Numbered from the stretch's first letter, positions 1 through 9,292 are shown. The stretch is 64,000 bases of DNA from Acutalibacteraceae bacterium (GCA_045538935.1 JAZQEI010000004.1:4479-68478), one strand, 5' to 3'. The notes: generated by a model from the sequence alone, not told the origin. Made by a program: numbers and translations.

Positions 1-2
1 GT

Positions 3-467
3 TTTTTTTACTTCCCAAAATTGTATTTGAACAAGCAGGACAACATTTTATATATTGGCGAAACCAACTGTACAGGGTGTACTCTGTATTATTATGATGC
101 AACAACTTTAACACTTAAGAGCAAGTTTAATAAAAACGATTATGGAATGTTGAATCATACCAGAGAAATTTTCCATGTAGGAAATGAAATCTTTTGGGGC
201 AATTATCGTTTTTCAGATACAAATGCAAAACAAATAATCGGCAGATACGGTGAGGCTGATTACGGAAGCGTTAATTTTGCATCAAGCGAAATAGTGTCAA
301 CATTTGAGGGCCTTTTCCTTACCGATACTTATGAGTGTATTATCGATTATTTGGATTCTGGATTTAAATATGAATATATTCTTGTAACAGAATCTTATAA
401 TATTTTCTTTAGAGCTAGAAGTGTTGACAAAGATATAATTATTGGTATTAATTTTAGTATGCAATAA
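3..467 (+). CDS. hypothetical protein, C-terminal part (5' end lies outside the window)
   Basis: The frame is open from nt 3, with no stop before the TTG at 21 that the ORF track uses. It ends at TAA 465-467 and is followed by a hairpin terminator. I cannot assign a motif. Confidence 0.5.
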   Translation, partial: FFYFPKLYLNKQDNILYIGETNCTGCTLYYYDATTLTLKSKFNKNDYGMLNHTREIFHVGNEIFWGNYRFSDTNAKQIIGRYGEADYGSVNFASSEIVSTFEGLFLTDTYECIIDYLDSGFKYEYILVTESYNIFFRARSVDKDIIIGINFSMQ

Positions 468-481
468 TTGTAAATAGACAT

Positions 482-509
482 AAAGCACCATCTGTTAAGA
501 TGGTGCTTT
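482..509 (+). terminator. rho-independent terminator
   Basis: Perfect inverted repeat AAAGCACCATCT / AGATGGTGCTTT with loop GTTA, followed by a T-rich stretch. Confidence 0.7.
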
Positions 510-531
510 AAATTTTGGTATTGAATTTTTA

Positions 532-560
532 TTGTTTGTGGAATTTGGATATGATATAAT
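532..560 (+). promoter_or_regulatory. sigma-A type promoter for the hydrolase gene
   Basis: TTGTTT (532-537), 17-nt spacer, then extended -10 TGaTATAAT (552-560). Confidence 0.5.
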
Positions 561-616
561 ATACTAAAATCTTTGATTATTTGAAAATTGTTTTAATGAA
601 TTTTAAGGAGAATAAA

Positions 617-1126
617 ATGAAATATTTAATTGTTGTAGATATGCAGGTGGATTTTATAAATGGTGCCCTTGGTAGCCAAGATGCTATGGCAATAGTACCG
701 AATGTTGTAAACAAGGTAAAGAATTTTGACGGGAAAATCATTTTTACTCGCGATACTCATTTTGATAATTATATGCAATCACAAGAAGGAACCAAACTAC
801 CTATACCTCATTGCATTAAGGGTACTGACGGTTGGCAGATTTGTAGAGAATTGCAGCCTTATGCTAAAACAATAGTTGATAAAATAACCTTTGGTAGTGT
901 AGATTTACCGCAAATTATTAAAAACTATTCAGAGCCGATTGATGAAATAGAGCTTTGTGGGCTTTGTACCGATATTTGTGTTATATCTAATGCAATGATT
1001 TTAAAAGCCACGTTCCCTGAGGTTAAAATTACGGTTGATGCCTCTTGCTGTGCGGGTGTTAGCAAAGATAGCCATAATACTGCTTTAAATGCTATGAGAG
1101 CAGTACAAATTGATATTAAAGAGTAG
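617..1126 (+). CDS. isochorismatase-family cysteine hydrolase (nicotinamidase-like)
   Basis: ATG 617 lies 6 nt after AAGGAG (605-610). LIVVDMQVDF near the N-terminus and LCGLCTDICV (catalytic Cys context) are typical of the isochorismatase/PncA fold. The track start at 581 (TTG) has no RBS. Confidence 0.8.
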   Translation: MKYLIVVDMQVDFINGALGSQDAMAIVPNVVNKVKNFDGKIIFTRDTHFDNYMQSQEGTKLPIPHCIKGTDGWQICRELQPYAKTIVDKITFGSVDLPQIIKNYSEPIDEIELCGLCTDICVISNAMILKATFPEVKITVDASCCAGVSKDSHNTALNAMRAVQIDIKE

Positions 1127-1220
1127 TTATAATAAAAACTTTTTATTTTACTGTTGATGACAACATCAGTGGCTTGAATGCATAAGCGCCTTAATAAATA
1201 GTTTGATTAAAAGTAAAGAA

Positions 1221-1246
1221 AATAAGCCGTGACTTTCACGGCTTAT
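1221..1246. terminator. bidirectional hairpin terminator
   Basis: AATAAGCCGTGA ctt TCACGGCTTATT, perfect 12-bp arms with T-runs on both strands. It lies between the convergent hydrolase and XRE genes and overlaps the XRE stop codon. Confidence 0.75.
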
Positions 1247-1458
1247 TTTTGTGTATTTGGGTTATTTGTTCTGTCTAATAAAAAATCCACAGAAACTTTA
1301 TAATAATCGGCTAGTTTAATTAAAACCTCTGCCGTAAGAGAAATAACACCAGTTTCATATTGCGAATAGGTATTTTGCGATACGTTTAGGTATGCGGCTA
1401 GCTCTTTTTGTTTTATATCCCTATCTTCTCTAATGCCTCGAAGATTTTTAAATTGCAT
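1243..1458 (-). CDS. XRE-family helix-turn-helix transcriptional regulator
   Basis: 71 aa from ATG 1458. The track start at 1467 is a GTG inside the GGGTGA RBS. QKELAAYLNVSQNTYSQYETG is a classic HTH_3 motif. Confidence 0.85.
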   Translation of the reverse strand: MQFKNLRGIREDRDIKQKELAAYLNVSQNTYSQYETGVISLTAEVLIKLADYYKVSVDFLLDRTNNPNTQK

Positions 1459-1483
1459 AAAAATCACCCTATAATATTATGCG

Positions 1484-1530
1484 ATATCTGTAATAAAGAT
1501 ATTGACTTTTATCTGTAATACAGATATAAT
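1484..1530. promoter_or_regulatory. two palindromic operators overlapping a consensus promoter
   Basis: Two palindromes: ATATCTGTAATAAAGATAT (1484-1502, one arm mismatch) and TATCTGTAATACAGATA (1510-1526, perfect 8-bp arms). The second fills the 17-nt spacer between TTGACT (1502-1507) and TATAAT (1525-1530), a promoter that reads toward the gene at 1573. Confidence 0.6.
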
Positions 1531-1572
1531 ATGTTTGAATAATGCGAATATTCGTAAAAAGGGGATAAAATT

Positions 1573-2139
1573 ATGTTTTGTAAAAATTGTGGTAAAGAAG
1601 TCGCTGAAAACGAAAAACGTTGCGCTAATTGTGGAGCTAAAATGCCAAAACCTAAAAAGCTTGTATGTAAAAAATGGTGGTTCTGGGTATTAATGGGTTT
1701 AGCAACTTTAATGACTATAGGAATAATAAGTCCGCCTGATACTGACTTTGAAACAACAAGTAGCACACAACAAATAACACAGTCACAAGGTGATACACAA
1801 TCTGAGGCAAACACAACTCAATACGAAAAAATAGACCTAAAAACTATGTTAGATGAGTTAGATGAGAATGCTTTAAAGGCAGAAAAAACCTATCAAAACA
1901 AATATGTTGAGGTTGCTGGCGAGATAGTGACTTTTGATAGTGATGGATCATATATTAGCATAGAACCGGTTAATGCTGACGATTGGAACTTTGATACTGT
2001 TATGTGTAAAATTAAAGATGATGCACAGCGAGATTTTCTTTTAGAAAAATCAAAGGGTGATAAAGTAACTGTAAAAGGGCAAATAGTGTCGGTTGGCGAA
2101 CTTCTTGGATACACCATAAAAATACACGAAATACATTAA
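1573..2139 (+). CDS. zinc-ribbon / single-TM / OB-fold (tRNA_anti-like) membrane protein
   Basis: RBS AAGGGGA. N-terminal CxxC-x11-CxxC (CKNCGKEVAENEKRCANCG), one hydrophobic helix, an S/T/Q-rich linker, and a C-terminal YQNKYVEVAGEIV...DKVTVKGQIV pattern typical of the tRNA_anti-like OB domain. Confidence 0.7.
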   Translation: MFCKNCGKEVAENEKRCANCGAKMPKPKKLVCKKWWFWVLMGLATLMTIGIISPPDTDFETTSSTQQITQSQGDTQSEANTTQYEKIDLKTMLDELDENALKAEKTYQNKYVEVAGEIVTFDSDGSYISIEPVNADDWNFDTVMCKIKDDAQRDFLLEKSKGDKVTVKGQIVSVGELLGYTIKIHEIH

Positions 2140-2154
2140 AAAACGAACAGTAAA

Positions 2155-2184
2155 AAGATGCACGAAAACCGTGCATCTTTTGCT
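2155..2184 (+). terminator. rho-independent terminator
   Basis: AAGATGCACG aaaac CGTGCATCTT followed by TTGCTTTT. Confidence 0.7.
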
Positions 2185-2259
2185 TTTGCTTGTAATTAAT
2201 ATGGATATCTTGCGGTTTTTATTTGTATGTGCTATACTTTCTCGTAAGGTGGTGGTTTT

Positions 2260-3045
2260 ATGAGACGAAAAGTTATTTTGATTTCAATTGATGGAATGCG
2301 TCCTGACGGACTAAAGGCATGCGGCAACCGTTATGTTAATGAACTCGAAAAAATATGCAGTTATACATATAATGCTAGCTCTATGAATCCTACTGTAACA
2401 TTACCGTGCCATTTTTCCATGACTCATTCTGTGACTCCGCAACGACATGGTATACTAACAAACACATATGTTCCGCAAGTTAGACCTGTAGATGGTATTT
2501 TCGAAAAAATTAATGCTGCAGGCGGTATTTGCGCTATGTTTTATGGTTGGGAGCCGTTAAGGGATATTGTATCTGCAGGCGCTCTAAAATTTTCAACTTA
2601 CGTTAATGCTTATATGCAAGAAAGCGGTGATACCGTTTTAACCGATGAGGCCGACAAACTGATTAGAAAGCATAAACCCGATTTTGTTTTTCTGTATATG
2701 GTTGAGACCGATGAAAAAGGCGGCCATGACAACGGATGGATGAGTGATGAGTATTTGAAAAGGATTTATACGGCCATTGATAATACAAAGAGAATGATAG
2801 AAAAGTTTTCGAATGAATACTCGGTTATTATTATGGCAGATCACGGCGGACATGATCGTATGCACGGAACACAATTGCCTGAGGATACTACAATTCCGTT
2901 GTTCTTCCTTGGCCCTGAGTTTAAGCCTGGGAACAATATAAAGGACGCTTCACTTTTAGATATTGCTCCTACAATTGCAGATATTATGGGTGTTTCTAAA
3001 GATGCGAATTGGGAAGGCAAGTCTTTATTGGACAATACTTTTTAA
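2260..3045 (+). CDS. alkaline-phosphatase superfamily enzyme (nucleotide pyrophosphatase/phosphodiesterase type)
   Basis: RBS AAGGTGG. ISIDGMRPD metal site, NPTVTLPCH (Thr nucleophile context) and MADHGGHD are hallmarks of the type I phosphodiesterase/NPP family. Confidence 0.7.
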   Translation: MRRKVILISIDGMRPDGLKACGNRYVNELEKICSYTYNASSMNPTVTLPCHFSMTHSVTPQRHGILTNTYVPQVRPVDGIFEKINAAGGICAMFYGWEPLRDIVSAGALKFSTYVNAYMQESGDTVLTDEADKLIRKHKPDFVFLYMVETDEKGGHDNGWMSDEYLKRIYTAIDNTKRMIEKFSNEYSVIIMADHGGHDRMHGTQLPEDTTIPLFFLGPEFKPGNNIKDASLLDIAPTIADIMGVSKDANWEGKSLLDNTF

Positions 3046-3263
3046 TGGCGATTAAGCTTGAAAAATAAAATAAATTTTTCTTTAAAAGATTTCGGCAATT
3101 TTAATCTCGTTGTTGTGGGCGGAGGTTTCACTCGATGAGAAAAAATCCATACAAAAAACAGACCCTGTATCAGTAAAATTAAAGTTGTAACAGTTTCGAC
3201 ACAAATGTTTACTTTTTTTGCAGTTTGAGTATAACGCTTATATAAAACCTGCCTAATTTGGAA

Positions 3264-3401
3264 ATGTTTTTACGAGAAAATTGTTCGGCACTGTTCTTTT
3301 TGTATATTGCGCTTTACTATTACTTGTTTTTATTATTCAAAAAAAGAGTAAAGGAAAAAAGCACAACCGAACAAGAACAGCGCAGCTTTCAAAATGTTTA
3401 A
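3264..3401 (+). CDS. possible 45-aa small membrane protein (not in ORF track)
   Basis: The ATG 3264 ORF encodes MFLRENCSALFFLYIALYYYLFLLFKKRVKEK..., one hydrophobic helix plus a basic tail, ending 15 nt before a good terminator. The RBS is weak or absent, so this is speculative. Confidence 0.2.
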   Translation: MFLRENCSALFFLYIALYYYLFLLFKKRVKEKSTTEQEQRSFQNV

Positions 3402-3415
3402 ATAATTTAAAGTTA

Positions 3416-3446
3416 AAAACGAGTCGATTATTCGGCTCGTTTTTTG
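3416..3446 (+). terminator. rho-independent terminator inside a 470-bp non-coding gap
   Basis: ACGAGTCGA ttat TCGGCTCGT (9 bp with one G-U pair) followed by TTTTTT. Confidence 0.65.
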
Positions 3447-3514
3447 TTAAATACTCTTGAAAATAAAAACTTAAGGATGTATTATGTTATATGTTGTAAA
3501 AAGGAGGTATTTAA

Positions 3515-4621
3515 ATGGCTGTTGTAAGGTTTATAAAAAAGAATACCGTTTTATGTATTGCAGCATTAGCGGCTATTATAACCTGCTTTTTTGTTCCGCC
3601 CGATAAAGAATATTTTTCTTACCTAGATTACAAAACACTAGCATGCCTATTTTTAACACTCGCTGTTATTTGCGCACTTAGAAATATTAAGTTTTTTACT
3701 ATTGTAGCGCGAAAACTAGTGCTTTTATCGGGAAATTTAAGGAGCCTGTTTTTGATTTTAATATTTATAACCTTTATAGGCTCTATGATAATTGCAAACG
3801 ATATGGCGCTTATAACCTTTTTGCCTTTGGGATATTTTGCGTTAACTACAGTAAAAGAAGAAAGATATATGGCATATCTTTTTATATTACAAAATATTTC
3901 TGCAAATTTAGGAGGTATGCTAACCCCGTTTGGTAATCCGCAAAATTTATATTTATATTCGTTTTTTAATATACCAACAGGCGAATTTTGCTCAATTATG
4001 CTGCCGCCGTTTTTGCTGGCAGTAGCTATGCTTATATTGTTTTGCTTTTTTGTAAAACCAAGAAAATTTACTATAGACACATCTTTCCCGGAAAAATTAA
4101 ATATTAAAAAAACTTTGCTTTATATTGCTTTATTTTTACTTTCAATTTTAATAGTATTTCGTATAGTACCGTTTGTTTTAGGATTAATTATTGTACCTCT
4201 TGTGTTGTTTTTTGTAGATAAAGAATCATTACTTATGGTAGATTATGCATTGCTTGGTACATTCTTTTTCTTCTTTATTTTCGCGGGAAATCTTGCCAGA
4301 ATAGATGTAGTAAATAAGGTTTTATACGAGCTTTTGCAAAAAGACACCTTGCTTGTATCAACTCTTTCTTGTCAGGCAATAAGCAATGTGCCTACCGCAA
4401 TTTTGCTTTCTCGTTTTACTACCGATTATAAATCGTTGCTTTTGGGAGTTAACATAGGTGGAACGGGCACACTTATAGCATCTTTGGCAAGTCTTATTAC
4501 CTTTAGTGAATTCAAAATTTTGTATCCTGGGCATAATAAGAAGTATTTTTGGATGTTTACCATTATAAACCTTATATTCCTTGTTGTTATGGTGGTATGC
4601 TCAAAACAGTTCTTTGTGTGA
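3515..4621 (+). CDS. ArsB/NhaD-superfamily (CitMHS/SLC13-like) anion permease
   Basis: RBS AAAGGAGG. Polytopic 368-aa protein with NDMALITFLP and TPFGNPQNLYL motifs, characteristic of this permease superfamily. Confidence 0.65.
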   Translation: MAVVRFIKKNTVLCIAALAAIITCFFVPPDKEYFSYLDYKTLACLFLTLAVICALRNIKFFTIVARKLVLLSGNLRSLFLILIFITFIGSMIIANDMALITFLPLGYFALTTVKEERYMAYLFILQNISANLGGMLTPFGNPQNLYLYSFFNIPTGEFCSIMLPPFLLAVAMLILFCFFVKPRKFTIDTSFPEKLNIKKTLLYIALFLLSILIVFRIVPFVLGLIIVPLVLFFVDKESLLMVDYALLGTFFFFFIFAGNLARIDVVNKVLYELLQKDTLLVSTLSCQAISNVPTAILLSRFTTDYKSLLLGVNIGGTGTLIASLASLITFSEFKILYPGHNKKYFWMFTIINLIFLVVMVVCSKQFFV

Positions 4622-4637
4622 TAGAATAGGAGTTTTT

Positions 4638-5165
4638 ATGAAGATATTAGCCAACATTATAGGAATATTAGCGGTTGTGCTGTTTGTGCTAAGCTATCAA
4701 CAAAAAACGCGCCGATATATTGTAATAACGAACATTTTATCGCGCGTGTTTTATGTTACGCAGTATATGTTGCTCTTTGCTTTTAGTGGCGCTGCTATGG
4801 ATTTAACTGGATTGCTTGTGTCATTACTGGCTCACAAAAAAGATAAAAATTTTATATCAAAACACATAAAGCTGTGGGTTGTAGCATCGCTTTTATTTAT
4901 TGTGGCGGTTGGACTTTTGTTTTATAAAGATATTTTTAGCATTTTGCCCATTATCGCCGTAATTTTCGAGGTAGGCGCCTTGTGGCTAACTAAAGAAAAA
5001 CATATTAGAATAGTATCGTTGTTATCCACACCGTTTTGGCTTGTATATAATATTTTGTGCGGTGCATACGGCTCGGCGGTGGGAAGTGTACTTGCAATGG
5101 TATCTATTGTTTCGGCTTTTATCCGTTATGATATAAGAAGGGAAATAAAAGATGAAAAAATTTAA
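4638..5165 (+). CDS. YgjV-family inner membrane protein
   Basis: ATG 4638 lies 5 nt after AGGAG. About 175 aa with 5-6 TM helices. The N-terminus IIGILAVVLFVLSYQQKTRR resembles YgjV-type proteins. The track start at 4581 overlaps the upstream gene and was rejected. Confidence 0.6.
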   Translation: MKILANIIGILAVVLFVLSYQQKTRRYIVITNILSRVFYVTQYMLLFAFSGAAMDLTGLLVSLLAHKKDKNFISKHIKLWVVASLLFIVAVGLLFYKDIFSILPIIAVIFEVGALWLTKEKHIRIVSLLSTPFWLVYNILCGAYGSAVGSVLAMVSIVSAFIRYDIRREIKDEKI

Positions 5166-5958
5166 AGGAATTTTATTTTGCACCGACCTAGACGGAACGC
5201 TTTATAAAACCGATAAAACTATATCTGACGAAAACAAACAGGCTATAGAATATTTTAAAGAAAACGGCGGCTATTTTACATTTATTACCGGAAGACCGCC
5301 TGTTATTTCGGCCGATGTTTACAACTTTATAAAACCCAACGCACCAATTGGCTGTAACAACGGTGGTGCGGTGTATGATTTTGAGAATAAAAAATATATT
5401 TGGGCCAAAGAACTAGAGCCAAACGTCAGAATTCTTATAGATTTTATAGAAGAAAATATGACAAATATGGGCATACAAATAAACACGTATGACGATATAT
5501 TCTTTCACACCGATAACTCGGCTATGGAACGGTTTAGAAGGCTTACAAATACAGAGCGTATAATAAAAAGATATAATCAAATATCCGAGCCCGTTTTAAA
5601 GGTGATTTTTGCAAGTGAAGATGAGGCGCAAATTGAAAAACTGACCAAGCTTCTTGCATCTCACCCGTTAGCAGATAATTTTGATTTTATAAGAAGCGAA
5701 CGCATTTTATACGAAATTTTACCCAAAGGTATACACAAAGGCGTTGCACTTAAAAAAATAGCCGAGAGCCTAGGTGTTAAAAAGACCGTTGCGGTTGGCG
5801 ATTACGATAACGATATCGGTATGCTAAATGCGGCAGATATATCTTTTGCTGTAGAAAATGCGTCTTTAAGCGCCAAAGCGGCGGCAAATTATATAACCGT
5901 TTCTAACAATGACCACGCCATAGCCGCAATTATAAATAAGCTCAATAAAATCTTGTAA
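5152..5958 (+). CDS. Cof-type HAD-IIB family hydrolase (sugar phosphatase-like)
   Basis: LFCTDLDGTL (DxDGT nucleophile motif), FTFITGRP and a C-terminal GDYDNDIGML motif. Confidence 0.8.
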   Translation: MKKFKGILFCTDLDGTLYKTDKTISDENKQAIEYFKENGGYFTFITGRPPVISADVYNFIKPNAPIGCNNGGAVYDFENKKYIWAKELEPNVRILIDFIEENMTNMGIQINTYDDIFFHTDNSAMERFRRLTNTERIIKRYNQISEPVLKVIFASEDEAQIEKLTKLLASHPLADNFDFIRSERILYEILPKGIHKGVALKKIAESLGVKKTVAVGDYDNDIGMLNAADISFAVENASLSAKAAANYITVSNNDHAIAAIINKLNKIL

Positions 5959-6045
5959 TATTTTGTAAAATTTTGAAGAAATTACTATTGAAAACCATAT
6001 AAAGTGGTTGTATAATAATGTCAGTACAATATTTGGGGTGTTCTT

Positions 6046-7080
6046 ATGCTTAAAAAAATATCGGCCATTATACTGGCTTTATGCTTAATTGTGTGTGTGG
6101 GCTGCTCAGAAAAAACCGACGAAGAAATTATATCCTCAAGCGAAATAGAGGTTCCTGTTTCGTCTGAGCCTGAGCGTTTTGTAAATCCGCTAACAGGCGT
6201 TAAAGAATTAGAAAACGAGGGCGATACTTTAAATCGACCGGTAGCTATAATGATAAACAATATGTCTAATGCTCAAAGCGTTCAAGCAGGCGTTTGCAAG
6301 GCCGACATCGTTTATGAAACCGAAATTGAAGGCGGTATTACCAGACTTTTAGGCGTATTTCAAGATTTAGAAAGCGTAGGTCAAATTGGTACTGTGCGTT
6401 CGGCTCGTTACGCTTATATAGATTTAGCAATGGGTCATAATGCAATTTATATTCACCACGGTCAAGATCCAACATATGCAAAGCCCCACCTTGCCGATGT
6501 AGACAGCATTGCGATACACGAAAATCTTTATGGTGATCGCATATCTAACGGTTTAAAACATGAGCATACTCTTTATACATATGGCGATGTGCTTTGGAAG
6601 GGCATAGGCACTAAGTTTAAAACCCAAAATAAGAGTGCAAAAAACTGGCAAAGCTTTGCCGCTGAAGATGAAACCATAACACTTACAGGCGGAACGGCCA
6701 ATACGGTTTTAGTTCCATTCTCTGGTGATTACAAAACTAAGTTTGTTTACGATGCCGATAAAAAGGTCTACACCCGTTATTTTAAAGATACCTTAAGAAA
6801 AGATTACATAACCGGTGAGACCACGCAGGTTAAAAACGTATTTGTACTTTTAACAAGCATTACCGATTATCCCGACGGTCAGCACAGAAAAATAGATTTA
6901 TCTAGCGGTGAGGGCTACTACATAACCAACGGTGCCTATACACCTATAAAATGGAAGAAGGGCGCCTCAACAAGTTCATTTAAGTTTACTAATGTTGATG
7001 GCACCGAACTTACGGTTAGCGCAGGCAATAGCTGGGTATGCTTAGCCTCTAAAAAATACGCTAATCCTAAATTTGAGTAA
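6046..7080 (+). CDS. DUF3048-domain lipoprotein (YerB-like)
   Basis: Lipobox LIVCVGC|S, and RPVAIMINN...ADIVYETEIEGGITRLLGVF typical of DUF3048. Confidence 0.75.
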   Translation: MLKKISAIILALCLIVCVGCSEKTDEEIISSSEIEVPVSSEPERFVNPLTGVKELENEGDTLNRPVAIMINNMSNAQSVQAGVCKADIVYETEIEGGITRLLGVFQDLESVGQIGTVRSARYAYIDLAMGHNAIYIHHGQDPTYAKPHLADVDSIAIHENLYGDRISNGLKHEHTLYTYGDVLWKGIGTKFKTQNKSAKNWQSFAAEDETITLTGGTANTVLVPFSGDYKTKFVYDADKKVYTRYFKDTLRKDYITGETTQVKNVFVLLTSITDYPDGQHRKIDLSSGEGYYITNGAYTPIKWKKGASTSSFKFTNVDGTELTVSAGNSWVCLASKKYANPKFE

Positions 7081-7195
7081 TATATTATTTTTAAGCGCAC
7101 TAAAACACTATGTTTTGGTGCGCTTTTTGTTAATTTGGTTGACCCGATCAATAATATATGCTAAAATTAAGAAAATTGTTTTTGGGGTGTTCGCT

Positions 7196-7840
7196 ATGGC
7201 AAAGAGAATTTTATTTCAGGGTGATTCTATAACCGACGTTGGCAGAGTTGATGATACCAGATTTAGCCTTGGCAGTGGATATCCTTTGCTTGTAAAATCA
7301 AGTTTGGGTTATGATTATCCTAATAGTTACGAGTTTTTTAACCGCGGTATAAGCGGCAACAGAATAGTAGACTTGTATGCCAGAATAAAGGCTGATTTTA
7401 TAAATATAAAGCCGGATTATGCAAGTATATATATTGGCGTCAATGATGCATGGCACGAAATCGCATGGCAAAACGGCGTAGACACAAAGAAGTTTAAAAC
7501 TTTATATAAAATGATGTTAGATGAGATTTTAACTGCATGTCCTAATATTAAGCTTATATTAATTGCTCCCTTTGTTTTAGAGGGAAGTGCAACCTGCAAC
7601 ACCGAAGAAATTCCAAACAGATTAGAACGGTTTAAACTAGACGTAGCCGAAAAAGCACAGGTTGTAAAAGAGTTATCACAAGAATATAATTTTTCCCTTA
7701 TTGAGCTTCAGCCTGCCTTTAATAAGGCTTTAGAACAAGCTCCGGCAGAGTATTGGACGGGCGACGGTGTTCACCCAACCCCTAACGGTCACGAACTAAT
7801 TAAAAGACTTTGGTTAGAAGTTTTTGAAAATATAAAATAA
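7196..7840 (+). CDS. SGNH/GDSL-family hydrolase
   Basis: ATG 7196 after a GGGGTG RBS. Block I ILFQGDSIT, block III GVNDAW and block V DGVHPT. The track start at 7073 was rejected because it has no RBS and adds a hydrophobic artefact. Confidence 0.8.
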   Translation: MAKRILFQGDSITDVGRVDDTRFSLGSGYPLLVKSSLGYDYPNSYEFFNRGISGNRIVDLYARIKADFINIKPDYASIYIGVNDAWHEIAWQNGVDTKKFKTLYKMMLDEILTACPNIKLILIAPFVLEGSATCNTEEIPNRLERFKLDVAEKAQVVKELSQEYNFSLIELQPAFNKALEQAPAEYWTGDGVHPTPNGHELIKRLWLEVFENIK

Positions 7841-7852
7841 AGTGGTGTTATT

Positions 7853-9253
7853 ATGGAAAGAGAACGTTTATCAAGCCGTTTAGGCTTTATTTTGCTTAGC
7901 GCCGGTTGCGCTATTGGTGTAGGTAATGTGTGGAAATTTCCTTGGATGGCAGGGCAGTACGGCGGTGGCGCCTTTGTGCTTATTTATCTTTTATTCTTGG
8001 TAATTTTAGGCCTTCCTGTTATGGTAATTGAGTTTTCTTTGGGTAGGGCGAGTCAAAGCAGCCCCGTAGGACTTTACCAAAAACTAGAAAAACCAGGCCA
8101 AAAATGGCATATCCATGGATATGCTGCTTTGGTTGCAAATTTCTTGCTTATGATGTTTTATACATCTGTTACCGGATGGATACTTTATTATTTTGTAAGC
8201 TTTTTGTCCGGCAAAATGACAGGTATTTCCGATGCGGCATCTAGTAATATGTTCCCCAATATGCTATCTAATCCGGCTGTAATGGTAGGCTTTATGGCAA
8301 TAGTGGTTGTAATGGGCTTTTTAATACTCTCGTTTGGACTGCAAAAGGGTGTTGAAAAAGTAACAAAGTATATGATGATAGCATTGCTTTTGTTAATGGT
8401 TGTTCTTGCAATAAACAGCTTTACTCTCTCGGGCGCAAAAGAGGGTTTAACCTTTTATTTAAAGCCCGACCTTTCAAAAATAAATGGAAATGTTATTGTT
8501 GGCGCTATGACACAAGCCTTCTTTACCCTAAGTCTTGGTATAGGCTCTATGGCGATTTTCGGCAGCTATATTGGTAAAGAACGTTCGTTAATGGGTGAAT
8601 CAATAAACATACTTGTTTTAGATACGTTTGTTGCCGTGGTTGCGGGTCTTATAATTTTCCCCGCCTGCTTTACCTTTGATGTTGAGCCGGGAGCAGGACC
8701 CAGTTTACTCTTTGTAGCAATGGCAAAGGTGTTTAACAATATGAATGGCGGCAGAATTTGGGGCTCGTTGTTCTTTATGTTTATGGTGTTTGCGGCAATG
8801 TCTACCATTATTGCTGTGTTCGAAAACATTTTAGCTTGTGTTCGCGAAATTACGGGTTGGAACAGAGCTAAAGCCTGTGCAATTTGCGGTGTAGCAGTAC
8901 TTGTACTATCGGTACCGTGTGCTTTGGGCTTTAATTTGTGGTCGGGCTTTGTGCCGTTTAATACAGGCTCGTCTGTTTTAGATTTAGAAGACTTTATCGT
9001 GAGCTATTGTCTATTACCGCTTGGTGCTCTTTGCTACGTTTTATTTTGTGTTAGCAAAAAGGGTTGGGGCTTTGACAATTTCCTTAACGAAGCCAATGCA
9101 GGTAAGGGTTTAAAACTAAAGAAGTGGATGCGCCCGTATATGACCTACGTTTTACCCGCAATTATAATCCTTGTATTTGCTATTGGTATATTAACCTTCC
9201 CCTTTGCTGATAACTTTACCATTTTAGACTGGATAAAGGGAATGTTAAAATAA
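7853..9253 (+). CDS. sodium-dependent transporter, neurotransmitter:sodium symporter (SNF) family
   Basis: N-terminal RLGFILLSAGCAIGVGNVWKFPWMAGQYGGGAF is the SNF signature. 11-12 predicted TM helices. Confidence 0.85.
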   Translation: MERERLSSRLGFILLSAGCAIGVGNVWKFPWMAGQYGGGAFVLIYLLFLVILGLPVMVIEFSLGRASQSSPVGLYQKLEKPGQKWHIHGYAALVANFLLMMFYTSVTGWILYYFVSFLSGKMTGISDAASSNMFPNMLSNPAVMVGFMAIVVVMGFLILSFGLQKGVEKVTKYMMIALLLLMVVLAINSFTLSGAKEGLTFYLKPDLSKINGNVIVGAMTQAFFTLSLGIGSMAIFGSYIGKERSLMGESINILVLDTFVAVVAGLIIFPACFTFDVEPGAGPSLLFVAMAKVFNNMNGGRIWGSLFFMFMVFAAMSTIIAVFENILACVREITGWNRAKACAICGVAVLVLSVPCALGFNLWSGFVPFNTGSSVLDLEDFIVSYCLLPLGALCYVLFCVSKKGWGFDNFLNEANAGKGLKLKKWMRPYMTYVLPAIIILVFAIGILTFPFADNFTILDWIKGMLK

Positions 9254-9264
9254 TTATTACAACA

Positions 9265-9291
9265 AAAACGGCGGGCTACCCGCCGTTTTTT
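9265..9291 (+). terminator. rho-independent terminator
   Basis: AAAAACGGCGGG ctac CCGCCGTTTTTT. Confidence 0.8.
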
Positions 9292-9292
9292 A

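Noticed and set aside
1502-1814. The track ORFs 1502-1693 (plus strand) and 1509-1814 (minus strand) around the XRE-regulated promoter.
   Set aside because: They overlap the promoter/operator region and the better-supported zinc-ribbon gene (1573-2139), which has an RBS and recognisable domains. These are frame shadows.
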